Of a stretch of DNA of 64,000 nt, positions 9,530 to 19,188 are shown piece by piece. How positions within the stretch are numbered: position 1 is the stretch's first letter; the number at the start of each line of letters is the position of its first letter. Source of the DNA: an uncultured Clostridia bacterium (lineage in GTDB: Bacteria; Bacillota; Clostridia; Christensenellales; CAG-138); assembly GCA_946411635.1 (NCBI GenBank), contig CAMKES010000002.1, forward strand, positions 46,566 through 110,565, in the 5' to 3' direction. A program made the translations under genes and the position numbers. The notes below the pieces were generated by a model, which was not told where the DNA came from, did not search any database, and saw only the letters and a program-made list of their open reading frames with translations.

Positions 9530-10528
9530 TTACATGTTCTGTGCCTGGACCGCCGTGATCGCGACGACGGACACGATGTCCTCGACGCTGCAGCCGCGGC
9601 TCAGGTCGTTGATCGGCGCCGCGAAGCCCTGGCAGATCGGGCCAATGGCTTCCGCGCCCGCGAGACGCTGAACGAGTTTATAACCGATGTTGCCGGCCTG
9701 CAGATCCGGGAAGACGAGAACGTTCGCCTTGCCCGCGACGGGGCTGCCGGGGCTCTTGAGCTGACCGACTTTTTCGACCAGCGCCGCGTCCGCCTGCAGT
9801 TCGCCGTCTACCATAAGTTCCGGCGCGCGTTCGTGGACCATTTCGGTCGCGATGCGGACCTTATCGACGTTGTCATGCTTTGCGCTGCCCTTCGTGGAGA
9901 ACGAAAGCATCGCGATGCGCGCATCCATGCCGCAAAGCGCCTTTGCGCTCGCCGCGGACGAGATCGCGATCTCGGCAAGCTGTTCGGAGGTCGGGTCGAT
10001 GTTGACCGCGCAGTCCGCGAAGATCATCAGACCGTCGTCGCCGTACTGTTTGTTCGGGATCTCCATGATGAAGAAGCTGGAAACCGTGTTGATGCCGGGC
10101 TTCATCTTGATGATCTGAAGGCCGGGACGCAGCGTGTTGCCGGTGGTGTTGATCGCGCCGGAAACGAAACCGTCGCCCTTGCCGTCCTTGATCATCATCG
10201 CCGCGAAGAACAGCGGGTTTTTGATCATTTCGGCGGCCTTTTCGGGCGTGACGCCCTTTGCTTTGCGCATCTCGTAGAACCGGTCGACGTATGCCTGATA
10301 GTCCGGATGCGTTTCGGGGTCGATCGTGTCGATCCCGTCGAGCGATACGCCGAACTTGTCCGCGACCGCTTCGATCTCTTCGCGCTTGCCGAACAGCGTG
10401 ACTTTCGCGATTCCCTCCGCCGTGATGCGGGCAGCAGCCTGCACGGTGCGTTCTTCGGCTCCCTCGGGCAGCAGAATGTGCTTCTGATCCGCCTTTGCCT
10501 TTGCCTTGATCTGATCCATCAATGACAT
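9530..10528 (-). CDS. pta: phosphate acetyltransferase
   Basis: 332 aa from ATG 10528 (GGAGG 9 nt upstream; the track starts at an upstream TTG). Typical short Pta with ...GAINTTGNTLRP...SRGCSV. Confidence 0.92.
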   Translation of the reverse strand: MSLMDQIKAKAKADQKHILLPEGAEERTVQAAARITAEGIAKVTLFGKREEIEAVADKFGVSLDGIDTIDPETHPDYQAYVDRFYEMRKAKGVTPEKAAEMIKNPLFFAAMMIKDGKGDGFVSGAINTTGNTLRPGLQIIKMKPGINTVSSFFIMEIPNKQYGDDGLMIFADCAVNIDPTSEQLAEIAISSAASAKALCGMDARIAMLSFSTKGSAKHDNVDKVRIATEMVHERAPELMVDGELQADAALVEKVGQLKSPGSPVAGKANVLVFPDLQAGNIGYKLVQRLAGAEAIGPICQGFAAPINDLSRGCSVEDIVSVVAITAVQAQNM

Positions 10529-10636
10529 GAACAAAATCCTCCAAAATAGATTTACAATTTATTTTAACATATTTGAGTTAAAAATGGTATACTTGATTTG
10601 GATATATTATTTCATTTCGGGGAGGAGTCAGCGATC

Positions 10637-11839
10637 ATGCGCGTCGTCGGAATCATTGCGGAATACAATCCGCTGCACAACGGGCATATCTACCATATGG
10701 AGGAATCCGTAAAGCAGGCGGGCGCGGAAGGCTGCATCGTCGCCATGTCCGGCAACTTCGTACAGCGCGGCGAACCGGCCTGCACGGACAAATTCACCCG
10801 TGCGGAATGGGCGGTCATGGGCGGCGCGGACGTCGTGGTCGAGATCCCGACGGTCTTTGCGGTCTCGAGCGCGGAGCGTTTTGCCGAAGGCGCGGTCAAA
10901 ACGCTTGCGGCGACCGGCGTCGTGACCGATCTCGCGTTCGGCGTGGAGACCGAGGACGTCAACGCGCTGTATCATCTTGCGGATCTGCTGGACCGCGAAC
11001 CGGCGAACCTGCGCGTCTATCTCCTCCATCATCTCAAGCAGGGCAAGTCCTTCCCACGCGCACAATACGATGCGCTCGCCGATCTCGGCGTGCCCGCGGA
11101 CGAGCTTTCCATCCTGCAGCAGCCGAACAACATCCTTGCCGTCGAATACCTGAAGTCCATCCGCCGCTACGCGCCGGAGATCCGTCCGCTGCCCATTCAG
11201 CGCATCGGAAACCGTTATAACAGTACGGTCCTGACCGGAAAGCTTTCCAGCGCGACCGCGATCCGCGAAGCGCTCCTGAACGGCGACGAATCGGTCTACG
11301 ATACGATGCCGATGAGCGTCGCCGCCGCCATGCGGTTCGACGCGCAGTTCCCCGTGACGTTCGACCGGTTCTCCTCCATGCTTCTGTACCGGCTCCGTTC
11401 GATGACGGTCGAGGAGCTTGCGGAGCTGCCCGACGTGAGCGAAGGATTTGAACAGGTTCTGTACCGTGCGGCACGGCAGGCGGTCGATCTTCCCTCCCTG
11501 CTCGAAGCGATCAAATCAAAGCGCTATACGCTCGCGCGGTGCAAGCGCATCCTCGTTTCCGCGCTGCTGCACATCCCGCAGGGCTTTGCCGATACGCTCG
11601 GGAACGACCCGGACAACCTGTATCTGCACGTTCTCGGGCTCAAACGCGTCGGGCGCGGTCTGCTTGCGGCAATGGCAAGCCGCGGAAACGCGCCGGTCAT
11701 CCTGCGGCATTCCGACATGCAGAACTGCACGGACGCCGCGCGGGCTTCGCTTGCGATCGACGCGCTTTCCACCGATCTTTACGCCTACGCGCTCGAACGC
11801 GATCTGCATCGCGATTCGCAAAGCGCCATTACCGTTTAA
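10637..11839 (+). CDS. tmcAL: tRNA(Met) cytidine acetate ligase (YlbM/UPF0348 nucleotidyltransferase)
   Basis: 400 aa from ATG 10637 (GGGGAGGAG upstream). MRVVGIIAEYNPLHNGHIYH is the HIGH-like motif of the TmcAL family. Confidence 0.85.
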   Translation: MRVVGIIAEYNPLHNGHIYHMEESVKQAGAEGCIVAMSGNFVQRGEPACTDKFTRAEWAVMGGADVVVEIPTVFAVSSAERFAEGAVKTLAATGVVTDLAFGVETEDVNALYHLADLLDREPANLRVYLLHHLKQGKSFPRAQYDALADLGVPADELSILQQPNNILAVEYLKSIRRYAPEIRPLPIQRIGNRYNSTVLTGKLSSATAIREALLNGDESVYDTMPMSVAAAMRFDAQFPVTFDRFSSMLLYRLRSMTVEELAELPDVSEGFEQVLYRAARQAVDLPSLLEAIKSKRYTLARCKRILVSALLHIPQGFADTLGNDPDNLYLHVLGLKRVGRGLLAAMASRGNAPVILRHSDMQNCTDAARASLAIDALSTDLYAYALERDLHRDSQSAITV

Positions 11840-11880
11840 CGCGTTTCGCCCGCCGCGCGGCGAGCGGTATCCTGTGAATG

Positions 11881-11917
11881 AAAAAAGCTCCGAAGGGGAT
11901 CCCTTCGGAGCTCTTTT
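11881..11917. terminator. bidirectional rho-independent terminator between convergent tmcAL and the C11 peptidase gene
   Basis: AAAAAA-GCTCCGAAGGG-GAT-CCCTTCGGAGC-TCTTTTGG. Confidence 0.85.
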
Positions 11918-11925
11918 GGTGTTTC

Positions 11926-14601
11926 TCACTCGTATTTCAGCGTCTCGGTCCAGAACTCGTTTCCGTAGATGTCGGTCAGACAGTACGAGAATTCGCAGGC
12001 CGCGTCGCCGATGTCCATATATCCGACGGTCAGTTCGCCGTCAAACACGAGCTGTTCGCCGAGATAATACGTGGCGTTGTACGAGCCGTCCGCGCCGTAG
12101 TAGTCGCAGAGGAAATCGATCTTGTCGCCCTTTTGGAGCTGCACGAGCCCCTTTCCGACGGTCAGCGTTTCGGATTCTTTGTAAACGCGCTGCGCGCCCG
12201 CGACGTAGCCGTTTTCGTGACCCTTGATCTCGTTGTCGAACACGATCAGCAGGTCGTACCGGTCGCCGTTGAGCATCACGGGAACGCGGCCCGCCTCCGC
12301 CCAGTTGCTTCCGTCCTCAACGTACTCGAGGAAGTAATACGCTACGACCTGACCGTCGAGCGTCAGCCAGCTGTTGTCGTATTCGATCTTGAGATCGCCG
12401 TCGTTATCGAAGGCGTACTGTCTGTCCATGCCGAGATCCAGATAGCCGTCCAGTTCGTCGTCCTTTACGAACACGTTAAGCTGCACGTTCTTGACGAGAT
12501 CCCATTTTTCTTTGCTCATCGAGAGCACGTAGCCGTCGCCCTTCTCCGTGAGCTGCATATCGGAAACGGTCAGGCTGTTCGCATCATAGTAGTCCTTGTT
12601 CGCTAGCGCGCGGCCGGAATCGAACCAGTCGTACGAATCGCCGCCGAGAACGCCGCCGAGATAATCCGAAACGCTCGAGCCGCCCATCCCGCCGAGCAGG
12701 GAGCCTGCGCCGCCGAGAAGCGAACCGAGGGTATCGGTATCGCCCGAGCCGCCCAGATAGCTGCCGAGCAGCGAACCCAGCACGTCGCCCGAGGAATACG
12801 AGGATCCGCCGTAGTCGCCGAACAGCGAGCCGTACGGGGAGCTCGTCGTGCCGCCGGTCGCGATCTGACCGCCCGCGGCAAGGCTCGCGAAGCTCTTGAT
12901 GCAGCGCGAGTAATCGCCCGAGATGCCGATGCTGTTATACAGCGCGACTGCCGAATTCATGCTCTTGAAGCTGGAATACGGGAAGTAGATCGAAAGTCCG
13001 TACGAGTTCTTCATCGAAACGGACGTGCGGTTGTACTTCACGCAGCCCTTGAGCGCGGATACGAGCGCGTTCGCCTCCGAACCGCCGATCTTCGACGCGA
13101 AGTCGATCACGTCGATATGGTTGACCTTCGCCGACACGCCGAATTCGCGTGCGTCGGCGCGGGCGTCCGCGACCTGACGGTATTCGGAATTGTCCAGCAT
13201 GCCGGAGATCTCGCCGGAGAACGCATTGAACGCGTCGGGAACCGTTCCGGCAAACTCCGCAAGGTCCACGACGGACAGCGTCGTGTTGCAGCCGGGATAG
13301 TTCTTTTTGCTGACGTCGGTGAAGTCGTCGATCAGCGTCTTCGCAAGCTTGACGGTCTCGATCGACGGATTCTTCGAAAGATCGGAAAGCCAGTTCGTAT
13401 AGTACCAGCCGGTTCCGGGTTCCGCTTCTTCGGAAGCGATCAGGTAGTCGGCGTGCTGCTCCGAAACGAGCGCGGTTTCGAGCGTTCCCATCAGGCACGC
13501 GTCGAAGCCGATAAAGTCGAACTTGACGCCGCCCTGCTTCAGCGCGGAATTGAGCTTGTCGAGCGTCATCGAGCCGGACGACTTCTCGTCGTAGCCGTAG
13601 CCCGTAATCGCGCCGCCGCCGTGGTCCCACAGGATCAGCATGTAGCGGTTCGCGGGATACTTGTTCTTGCAGTACTGGATGAAGCTGACGAGCGTGTTCG
13701 GGTCGACCATGCTCTTGTTTCCGACGTTGTCGTCCAGCACCTGCAGGCCCTTGCTCGTCACGCGGTAACGCTGATTCGTCTTGTTCGAGATGACCGAGTT
13801 GTTCCATTTTTTCGCGCCGCCCGTTTCAACGATGACGTTCACGTGCTCGTCGTCCAGGTTCGCGTGGAGCATTTCGTTCAGGTCGGCGGTCGCCATGCTG
13901 TGCTCGCTCTCGAGGTCGCTGCCGCAGATGTAGATCATGACCGTAACGACGTCTTTCCCGCCGCCTTTGATCTTCGTATAGCGGCCGCGCGCCTTGTTGG
14001 ATACGGTATAGTTCGCCTCGTTCGCCGAGGTGCTTGCCGAGATCGCCGCGGGCGCGTCGTTGTCCGTGATGTCATAGGTGCTGTAGGCGCTGCTTCCGGC
14101 GAGGTCGGCAATGCCGCTTTCACCGCCGAACAGATCGAGGAGCGCGCAGCTTTCGCCTGCGCTCTGCGCCGCGCTGCCGCTGCCGCTGCAGACGCACTTG
14201 AACAGGAAGAAGGCCGCGACCGCAAGCAGGATCAAAAGCAGCAGCTTGCCGATCTTGCTGCCGAACAATCCTCCGAGCCCGCCGAGGCCGCCCGTGCTTC
14301 CGGAATCGCCGGAACTGCCGGAGCCGAAGTCGGAGATGATCGGTCCTGCGTTCTGCGTGCTCTGATTCTGCTGCTCCTGGCTCTGCTGACCGCCGCCGAA
14401 CAGCGACGAAAGCAGGCTTCCGCCGTTCCCCGAGCTGCCGGAAGAATTCTGGCTTCCGTACTGGGCCTTTCTGCCCTGATAGCCGTCCTTCCGGCCGACC
14501 GGTCCGCTCGTGCCGACCGGTTTGTCGTCGCGGCGCTTGACGCTTGCCGTGCCGGACAGGATCTTTTTTTTGCGGTTATTGGAATCCGAAGTATTGTTCA
14601 T
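11926..14601 (-). CDS. membrane-anchored clostripain-family (C11) cysteine peptidase
   Basis: About 891 aa. His/Cys dyad context ILWDHGGG and FIGFDACLMG. S/G/Q-rich N-terminus of about 110 aa, then a TM helix (LLLLILLAVAAFFLF). G/S-rich linker and a C-terminal domain of about 250 aa. Confidence 0.8.
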   Translation of the reverse strand: MNNTSDSNNRKKKILSGTASVKRRDDKPVGTSGPVGRKDGYQGRKAQYGSQNSSGSSGNGGSLLSSLFGGGQQSQEQQNQSTQNAGPIISDFGSGSSGDSGSTGGLGGLGGLFGSKIGKLLLLILLAVAAFFLFKCVCSGSGSAAQSAGESCALLDLFGGESGIADLAGSSAYSTYDITDNDAPAAISASTSANEANYTVSNKARGRYTKIKGGGKDVVTVMIYICGSDLESEHSMATADLNEMLHANLDDEHVNVIVETGGAKKWNNSVISNKTNQRYRVTSKGLQVLDDNVGNKSMVDPNTLVSFIQYCKNKYPANRYMLILWDHGGGAITGYGYDEKSSGSMTLDKLNSALKQGGVKFDFIGFDACLMGTLETALVSEQHADYLIASEEAEPGTGWYYTNWLSDLSKNPSIETVKLAKTLIDDFTDVSKKNYPGCNTTLSVVDLAEFAGTVPDAFNAFSGEISGMLDNSEYRQVADARADAREFGVSAKVNHIDVIDFASKIGGSEANALVSALKGCVKYNRTSVSMKNSYGLSIYFPYSSFKSMNSAVALYNSIGISGDYSRCIKSFASLAAGGQIATGGTTSSPYGSLFGDYGGSSYSSGDVLGSLLGSYLGGSGDTDTLGSLLGGAGSLLGGMGGSSVSDYLGGVLGGDSYDWFDSGRALANKDYYDANSLTVSDMQLTEKGDGYVLSMSKEKWDLVKNVQLNVFVKDDELDGYLDLGMDRQYAFDNDGDLKIEYDNSWLTLDGQVVAYYFLEYVEDGSNWAEAGRVPVMLNGDRYDLLIVFDNEIKGHENGYVAGAQRVYKESETLTVGKGLVQLQKGDKIDFLCDYYGADGSYNATYYLGEQLVFDGELTVGYMDIGDAACEFSYCLTDIYGNEFWTETLKYE

Positions 14602-14687
14602 AGACAAGAAACCTCCCTTTGGATGACAATATTATATCAAATCCTCGCGGAAAAGAAAGAGTTTTTTTGTTTCGTGCCGATCGGACA

Positions 14688-14721
14688 GAAAAAAGCCCGG
14701 GAACACGTCCCGGGCAATTTT
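14688..14721 (-). terminator. rho-independent terminator after gap
   Basis: GCCCGGGA/TCCCGGGC stem flanked by A- and T-runs. Confidence 0.8.
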
Positions 14722-14730
14722 ACGGATCGA

Positions 14731-15795
14731 TCAGAGCTCCGCGAAGTACTTGATGGTGCGGACCATCTGCGAGGTATAGGAGTTCTCGTTGTCGTACCAG
14801 GAAACGACCTGTACCTGGTAGGTGTCGTCGCTGATCTTCTGGACCATGGTCTGGTTCGCATCGAACAGCGAGCCGTAGGTCATGCCGATGATGTCGGACG
14901 AAACGAGCTTCTCGGTGGTGTAGCCGAAGGATTCGCTCTCCTGCGCCTTCATTGCGGCGTTGACCGCTTCCTTGGTGATATCCTTGCCCTTGACGACCGC
15001 AACGAGGATCGTGGTGGAGCCGGTCGCGACCGGGACGCGCTGTGCGGAGCCGATCAGCTTGCCGTTCAGTTCCGGAATGACGAGACCGATCGCTTTCGCC
15101 GCGCCGGTGCTGTTCGGAACGATGTTCGCCGCGCCCGCGCGCGCACGCTGCAGATCGCCCTTCTTGTGCGGACCGTCGAGGATCATCTGATCGCCGGTGT
15201 ACGCATGGACCGTGGTCATGATGCCGGCCTGGATCGGGAAGTTGTCGTTCAGGGCCTTGGTCATCGGCGCAAGGCAGTTCGTGGTGCAGCTTGCCGCAGA
15301 GATGATCTTGTCTTCCTTGGTCAGGATCTCGTTGTTGACGTTATAAACGATGGTGGGCAGATCGTTGCCCGCGGGCGCGGAGATGACGACCTTCTTTGCG
15401 CCTGCGTCGATGTGCGCCTGCGCCTTCGCCTTGCTGGTGTAGAAGCCGGTGCACTCGAGCACGACGTCCACGCGCAGCTTTTTCCAGGGCAGATTCTGCG
15501 CCTTCGGCTCCGCATAAATGGTGATCTCCGTACCGTCCACGGTGATGGAGCCGGGCACCTTTACGGTCTTGCCGTCTTCTTCAAAGACAGGCTCCTTGGA
15601 GGTGACGGTGTGTTTGTTCTCGCCGATGACGCCGCAGTAGCCTTTCTGTGCCGTGTCATACTTCAGAAGATGCGCGAGCATCGCGGGGCTGGTCAGGTCG
15701 TTGATCGCGACGACTTTGTAGCCCTTTGCGCCGAACATCTGGCGGAACGCAAGACGGCCGATGCGGCCGAAACCGTTGATTGCAACTCTTACCAT
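14731..15795 (-). CDS. gap: type I glyceraldehyde-3-phosphate dehydrogenase
   Basis: 354 aa from ATG 15795 (AGGAGG upstream). [15 protein letters not shown] and active site [10 protein letters not shown]. Confidence 0.95.
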   Translation of the reverse strand: MVRVAINGFGRIGRLAFRQMFGAKGYKVVAINDLTSPAMLAHLLKYDTAQKGYCGVIGENKHTVTSKEPVFEEDGKTVKVPGSITVDGTEITIYAEPKAQNLPWKKLRVDVVLECTGFYTSKAKAQAHIDAGAKKVVISAPAGNDLPTIVYNVNNEILTKEDKIISAASCTTNCLAPMTKALNDNFPIQAGIMTTVHAYTGDQMILDGPHKKGDLQRARAGAANIVPNSTGAAKAIGLVIPELNGKLIGSAQRVPVATGSTTILVAVVKGKDITKEAVNAAMKAQESESFGYTTEKLVSSDIIGMTYGSLFDANQTMVQKISDDTYQVQVVSWYDNENSYTSQMVRTIKYFAEL

Positions 15796-15915
15796 TTGAA
15801 AAACCTCCTGAGAATATATTTTACCTTTGTTATCGTACAACAAACGAGCGGAAAAAGCAAGCGTTTCGTGGTAAGATTTGCGTAAAAACACATCCTGCGC
15901 TGCATTTCCGGTTTG

Positions 15916-15946
15916 TAAAAGAAAAGAAGCCTTTCTGAAAGGCTTC
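15916..15946 (-). terminator. rho-independent terminator ending the mscS/paralog operon
   Basis: GAAGCCUU-UCAGA-AAGGCUUC followed by UUUUCUUUU on the minus strand. Confidence 0.8.
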
Positions 15947-15963
15947 TTTATCGGTTTAAGCCG

Positions 15964-17442
15964 TTACCACGGGAACATGACTTCCAGATTGGAATTGACT
16001 GTTATGATCGTTTTGAAATAAAAGATATAACCGTCTGATGATTCAACCACCTTGTATGGATCAACGTGCCGCTCTTTCGTTTCTCCGGTAGATGTATCGG
16101 TAATCACGAACGAGCCGGTGGTATCCGGCGATACATCGAATACATTGACGTAAACCGTGACCCTGTTTCCCTCCGCAACCTGTTTCGATCCGCCCGTGGA
16201 TCCGCCTTCGGAGAAGGAACAGTACATCGAGTCGATCGTGACCGTATACATGACCGGTTCCGGCGTGGGCGTAGGCGTCGGCGTCGGGCTCGGCGTAGGC
16301 GTCGGCGTAGGCGTCGGCGTCGGCGTAGGCGTCGGCGTCGGGCTCGGCGTGGGCGTCGGTCTGCGCGTGGGACGCGGCGTCGGCGTCGGCGTCGGCGTCG
16401 GGTCAGGCGCGCCGCCGGAGCCGTCGGACCAGCAGGCGTAGACTTTGCAGGGTATCGGATTCTGCAAGTCGCGGTCCTCCATCGATTCCGCCGGCGGGAT
16501 CACCGGGAAGAAATCGTAATAGGTGACCGCGTCGATCATGTTGCCGTCCTTGTCGCACCAGCCCGCAAAGGTCTTCCCTTCCCGTTCGGGAATCGGGAAC
16601 GGAGCAAGATATACGAGCTGCTCCGAGTAGGACGGGAATCCGACGAAATAATCGCCGAACAGCGCTTCGCCGTCATAGAATTCCAGATGGAAGTCGCTCT
16701 CATTCATCAGCCACACAACGTGGATCTCCGCTTCATAGACGCCGCTGTCACTTTGCGGGATGATGGCAAGATGTTGCGTCGTCAGCGTGCTTCCGAGCGC
16801 GATCGTTCCGATCGGGTGCGGATCGGCGTTGCCGGAATACAGGCTGTCCAGATAGGACATGCCGCTGTCCGCCAGCAGCACGTAGCCCAGCGCGGTATAT
16901 CCCTTCTGCTCCGGAAGCGGCGGCAGTTCGTAATCCGTAAACGTCGCGCCATCGAACGTTTCATCCAGCAGGATTTCGCTCGGATACTGCCCCTGCATCG
17001 CAAGGTCAATATTGAAGACCTCAGAATAGATCCGCACGTGCACATCGCCCTCAAGCACGGGCTCAGGCGTCGGTGTTTCGGTCGGTGTAGGCATGGGCGT
17101 CGGAGAAGGCGTCACGGTCGGTTTCGAAGTCGGCGAAGGTGTAACGACCGGCGTTCCTTCCCCATCCTTCGAGGGCGACGCCGTTATGACCGTATCCGGG
17201 AATTCCTTCTCCTTCGGCGGGATCACCTTAATGGAAGGGCGAATGATGCCAACCGTAACGGTCCCGGCCGCGGCGATGAAGAGCATCGTCTTTCTGAGCC
17301 ATGAGCCGGTCCGTTTCGGCTTGCTCTCCTCCTCTCCGGGTGCTGAGCGATTGAATTCATCCGGCGGCGCAGCAAATTCCTTTGCGCCGTCATTCTGATA
17401 TTCAGCCGGTATTTGATTGATTTCTTCCAGTCGTTTTCTCAT
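15964..17442 (-). CDS. type II membrane/surface protein with Pro/Thr linkers (paralog B)
   Basis: 492 aa. N-terminus [32 protein letters not shown], one TM helix, PT-rich linker. A domain of about 230 aa is shared with the upstream paralog, including [27 protein letters not shown] (resembles Listeria-Bacteroides/Flg_new repeats). This is followed by a (TP)n run and a unique C-terminal domain. Confidence 0.7.
   Translation of the reverse strand: MRKRLEEINQIPAEYQNDGAKEFAAPPDEFNRSAPGEEESKPKRTGSWLRKTMLFIAAAGTVTVGIIRPSIKVIPPKEKEFPDTVITASPSKDGEGTPVVTPSPTSKPTVTPSPTPMPTPTETPTPEPVLEGDVHVRIYSEVFNIDLAMQGQYPSEILLDETFDGATFTDYELPPLPEQKGYTALGYVLLADSGMSYLDSLYSGNADPHPIGTIALGSTLTTQHLAIIPQSDSGVYEAEIHVVWLMNESDFHLEFYDGEALFGDYFVGFPSYSEQLVYLAPFPIPEREGKTFAGWCDKDGNMIDAVTYYDFFPVIPPAESMEDRDLQNPIPCKVYACWSDGSGGAPDPTPTPTPTPRPTRRPTPTPSPTPTPTPTPTPTPTPTPSPTPTPTPTPEPVMYTVTIDSMYCSFSEGGSTGGSKQVAEGNRVTVYVNVFDVSPDTTGSFVITDTSTGETKERHVDPYKVVESSDGYIFYFKTIITVNSNLEVMFPW
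16259..16402 (-). repeat. hexanucleotide (GGCGTN)n tract encoding a (TP)n/(SP) linker
   Basis: About 24 consecutive ggcgt[cag] units on the plus strand. Encodes [47 protein letters not shown] inside paralog B. Confidence 0.9.
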
Positions 17443-17478
17443 AATCCGTACCGTTCGGAAGCAGCAGGGCTCCTCCGA

Positions 17479-19188
17479 TCATTGGTTGTAATCAAACGAG
17501 TATTGGCGTTCCGTCATAAAATCATAATGGAGATAATTCTGGCGAATCCATACGGTCGCCGTGCCGCTCCGCGGGAAGCTGTTCGGACGCTTCATGACAA
17601 AGCCGTAATAGACTTCCGTAAAGGTCTCGCCCTCGTATTCCCACGTTTCCTCGAACCGTTTGAGATAACAGAGCTCCTCCGGGATCGACTCGCCGTCGAC
17701 CGAGATTGTAACACTGACGCCGCCCGGCTGCAGTTTTTCATCCGGATCGGTCGTGACGTTCGGAAGATGATCCGGATCGAGGTCGCTCCATTCAAAGCCG
17801 TAGAGGACAAAGCAGCCCGGAGCGTTGTACGGGGTCTGTTCCTCGTCGTCGTCATAGTAGGTAACGTAGAGGTATGCCTCCGGCTCCGGCTTGGCGGTGC
17901 GCGTCACGGTCTCCGTCGTGCCGTCGTCCAAACGGTACGTCAGTTCAACGCGGAGGACCGTGTCGACGTATTCTGCGCCGACCGCTTCATACTCCTCCCG
18001 GTGATCGCCGTAGAAGTAACCGAGCTCGATCCCCGTCTCACTCCACATGCCGGAGCGTATTTCCTGCTCCGTAAACTCGTGCTCCATCAAGGCGGTTTGG
18101 ATCTGATCGTCCCAAATCTGCACACGCACCGATTCGGTGTGCTCCCGATCGGAGAGCATCACGACCGCGTTGACGATCGAATGCGTCCAGTAATAGACGA
18201 GCTTGCAATCGGGCAGCGGCTTCGGCATCTGCGTCGGCGTGCTTTCGGTCCCGTCGGACCACGTCGCAAACAGACGGCACGGAATCCGCTTCTCCCAATT
18301 GCGATCCTCCAGCGTCTGCGCGTCCGGCTTCGGCTCGAAGAAGTCAAAGAACGTTACGGCGTCGACGGTATTGCCGCTTGCGTCGCACCAACCGGCAAAC
18401 GTCAGTCCCTCCCGCTCGGGCGTCGGGAACGCCGCAAGATACAGCAGACCGTCGGAGGACATCGGGAAACCGACCTGATGCTTGCCGAACAGGCCGCCGT
18501 CATAGAACTCCAGAATGAATTCGCTTTTGTCCTCCAGCCAGACTGTATGGATCTCCGCCTCCCTCACGCCCTCATCGTTCAGCGGAACGATGGCAAGATC
18601 CTCTTTCGTGACAACGTCGTACACGGGGACCGAGCCGATGACCCTCGGCTTTTGATTCTCATAGTACAGCGAATCGAAATACGTCGTTCCGCTTTGCGCA
18701 AGCAGTACGTAGCCCATCGCCGTGATTCCCTCTGCCGTCGGCAGTTCCGGCAGCTTATAGACGGTGAACGATTCTGCGTCGAACGTCTCGTCCGCAAGGA
18801 TCCTGTTCGCATAATCCTGCCCGTCCCCGAAGGCGTCGGCATAAACGACGATGTGCACCTTTCCGGTCAGCGCGGCCGGCGTCGGCGCTGCGGTCGGCCG
18901 CGGCGTTTCATCCGGCTGTTCGGTCGGCTGCGGCGTTTCATCCGGCTGTACGGTCGCCGGCGCGTCGGACGACGGCGCAGGCTCCTTCTTTTGCGGCAGA
19001 AAAATGCCGAGCACGCACAGTCCCGCCACCGCAAGGATCAGCAGCTTTTTGAGACGCGATCGCTCCTGATTCTTTACGTACGGCTTCGGAAACCGGTTGA
19101 ATTCATCGGGCAGCGGCGAAAACTCCGGCGCGCCGTCCTCGTGATACTCGGTCGGTATGCGGTTCAACTCGTGAACCGGTTTCCTCAT
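17479..19188 (-). CDS. type II membrane/surface protein with Pro/Thr linker (paralog A)
   Basis: 569 aa. MRKPVHELNRIPTEYHEDGAPEFSPLPDEFNR, one TM helix, a PT/PE linker, a shared domain (EREGLTFAGWCDASGNTVDAVTFFDFF) and a unique acidic C-terminal half of about 250 aa. The ATG overlaps the mscS stop (ATGA). Confidence 0.7.
   Translation of the reverse strand: MRKPVHELNRIPTEYHEDGAPEFSPLPDEFNRFPKPYVKNQERSRLKKLLILAVAGLCVLGIFLPQKKEPAPSSDAPATVQPDETPQPTEQPDETPRPTAAPTPAALTGKVHIVVYADAFGDGQDYANRILADETFDAESFTVYKLPELPTAEGITAMGYVLLAQSGTTYFDSLYYENQKPRVIGSVPVYDVVTKEDLAIVPLNDEGVREAEIHTVWLEDKSEFILEFYDGGLFGKHQVGFPMSSDGLLYLAAFPTPEREGLTFAGWCDASGNTVDAVTFFDFFEPKPDAQTLEDRNWEKRIPCRLFATWSDGTESTPTQMPKPLPDCKLVYYWTHSIVNAVVMLSDREHTESVRVQIWDDQIQTALMEHEFTEQEIRSGMWSETGIELGYFYGDHREEYEAVGAEYVDTVLRVELTYRLDDGTTETVTRTAKPEPEAYLYVTYYDDDEEQTPYNAPGCFVLYGFEWSDLDPDHLPNVTTDPDEKLQPGGVSVTISVDGESIPEELCYLKRFEETWEYEGETFTEVYYGFVMKRPNSFPRSGTATVWIRQNYLHYDFMTERQYSFDYNQ
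18891..18960 (-). repeat. 30-nt tandem repeat (about 2.3 copies) encoding QPDETPxPTE
   Basis: cggtcggcYgcggcgtttcatccggctgtW is repeated at 18891-18920 and 18921-18950, with a partial third copy. Confidence 0.85.

Noticed and set aside
16259-16402. Short-period repeat tracts (also at 18891-18960 and 23311-23400) considered as possible CRISPR or noncoding arrays.
   Set aside because: The periods are 6 or 30 nt with no spacers. The tracts lie fully inside open reading frames, encode Pro/Thr linkers, and have no cas genes nearby.
17443-17478. The two surface-protein paralogs are in the same frame, separated by TGA plus 12 sense codons. I considered stop-codon read-through giving a fusion protein.
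   Set aside because: The downstream gene has its own ATG and a complete N-terminal cytoplasmic/TM module duplicating that of the upstream gene. I saw no recoding signal such as a SECIS-like hairpin or slippery site. An in-frame arrangement occurs by chance one time in three.
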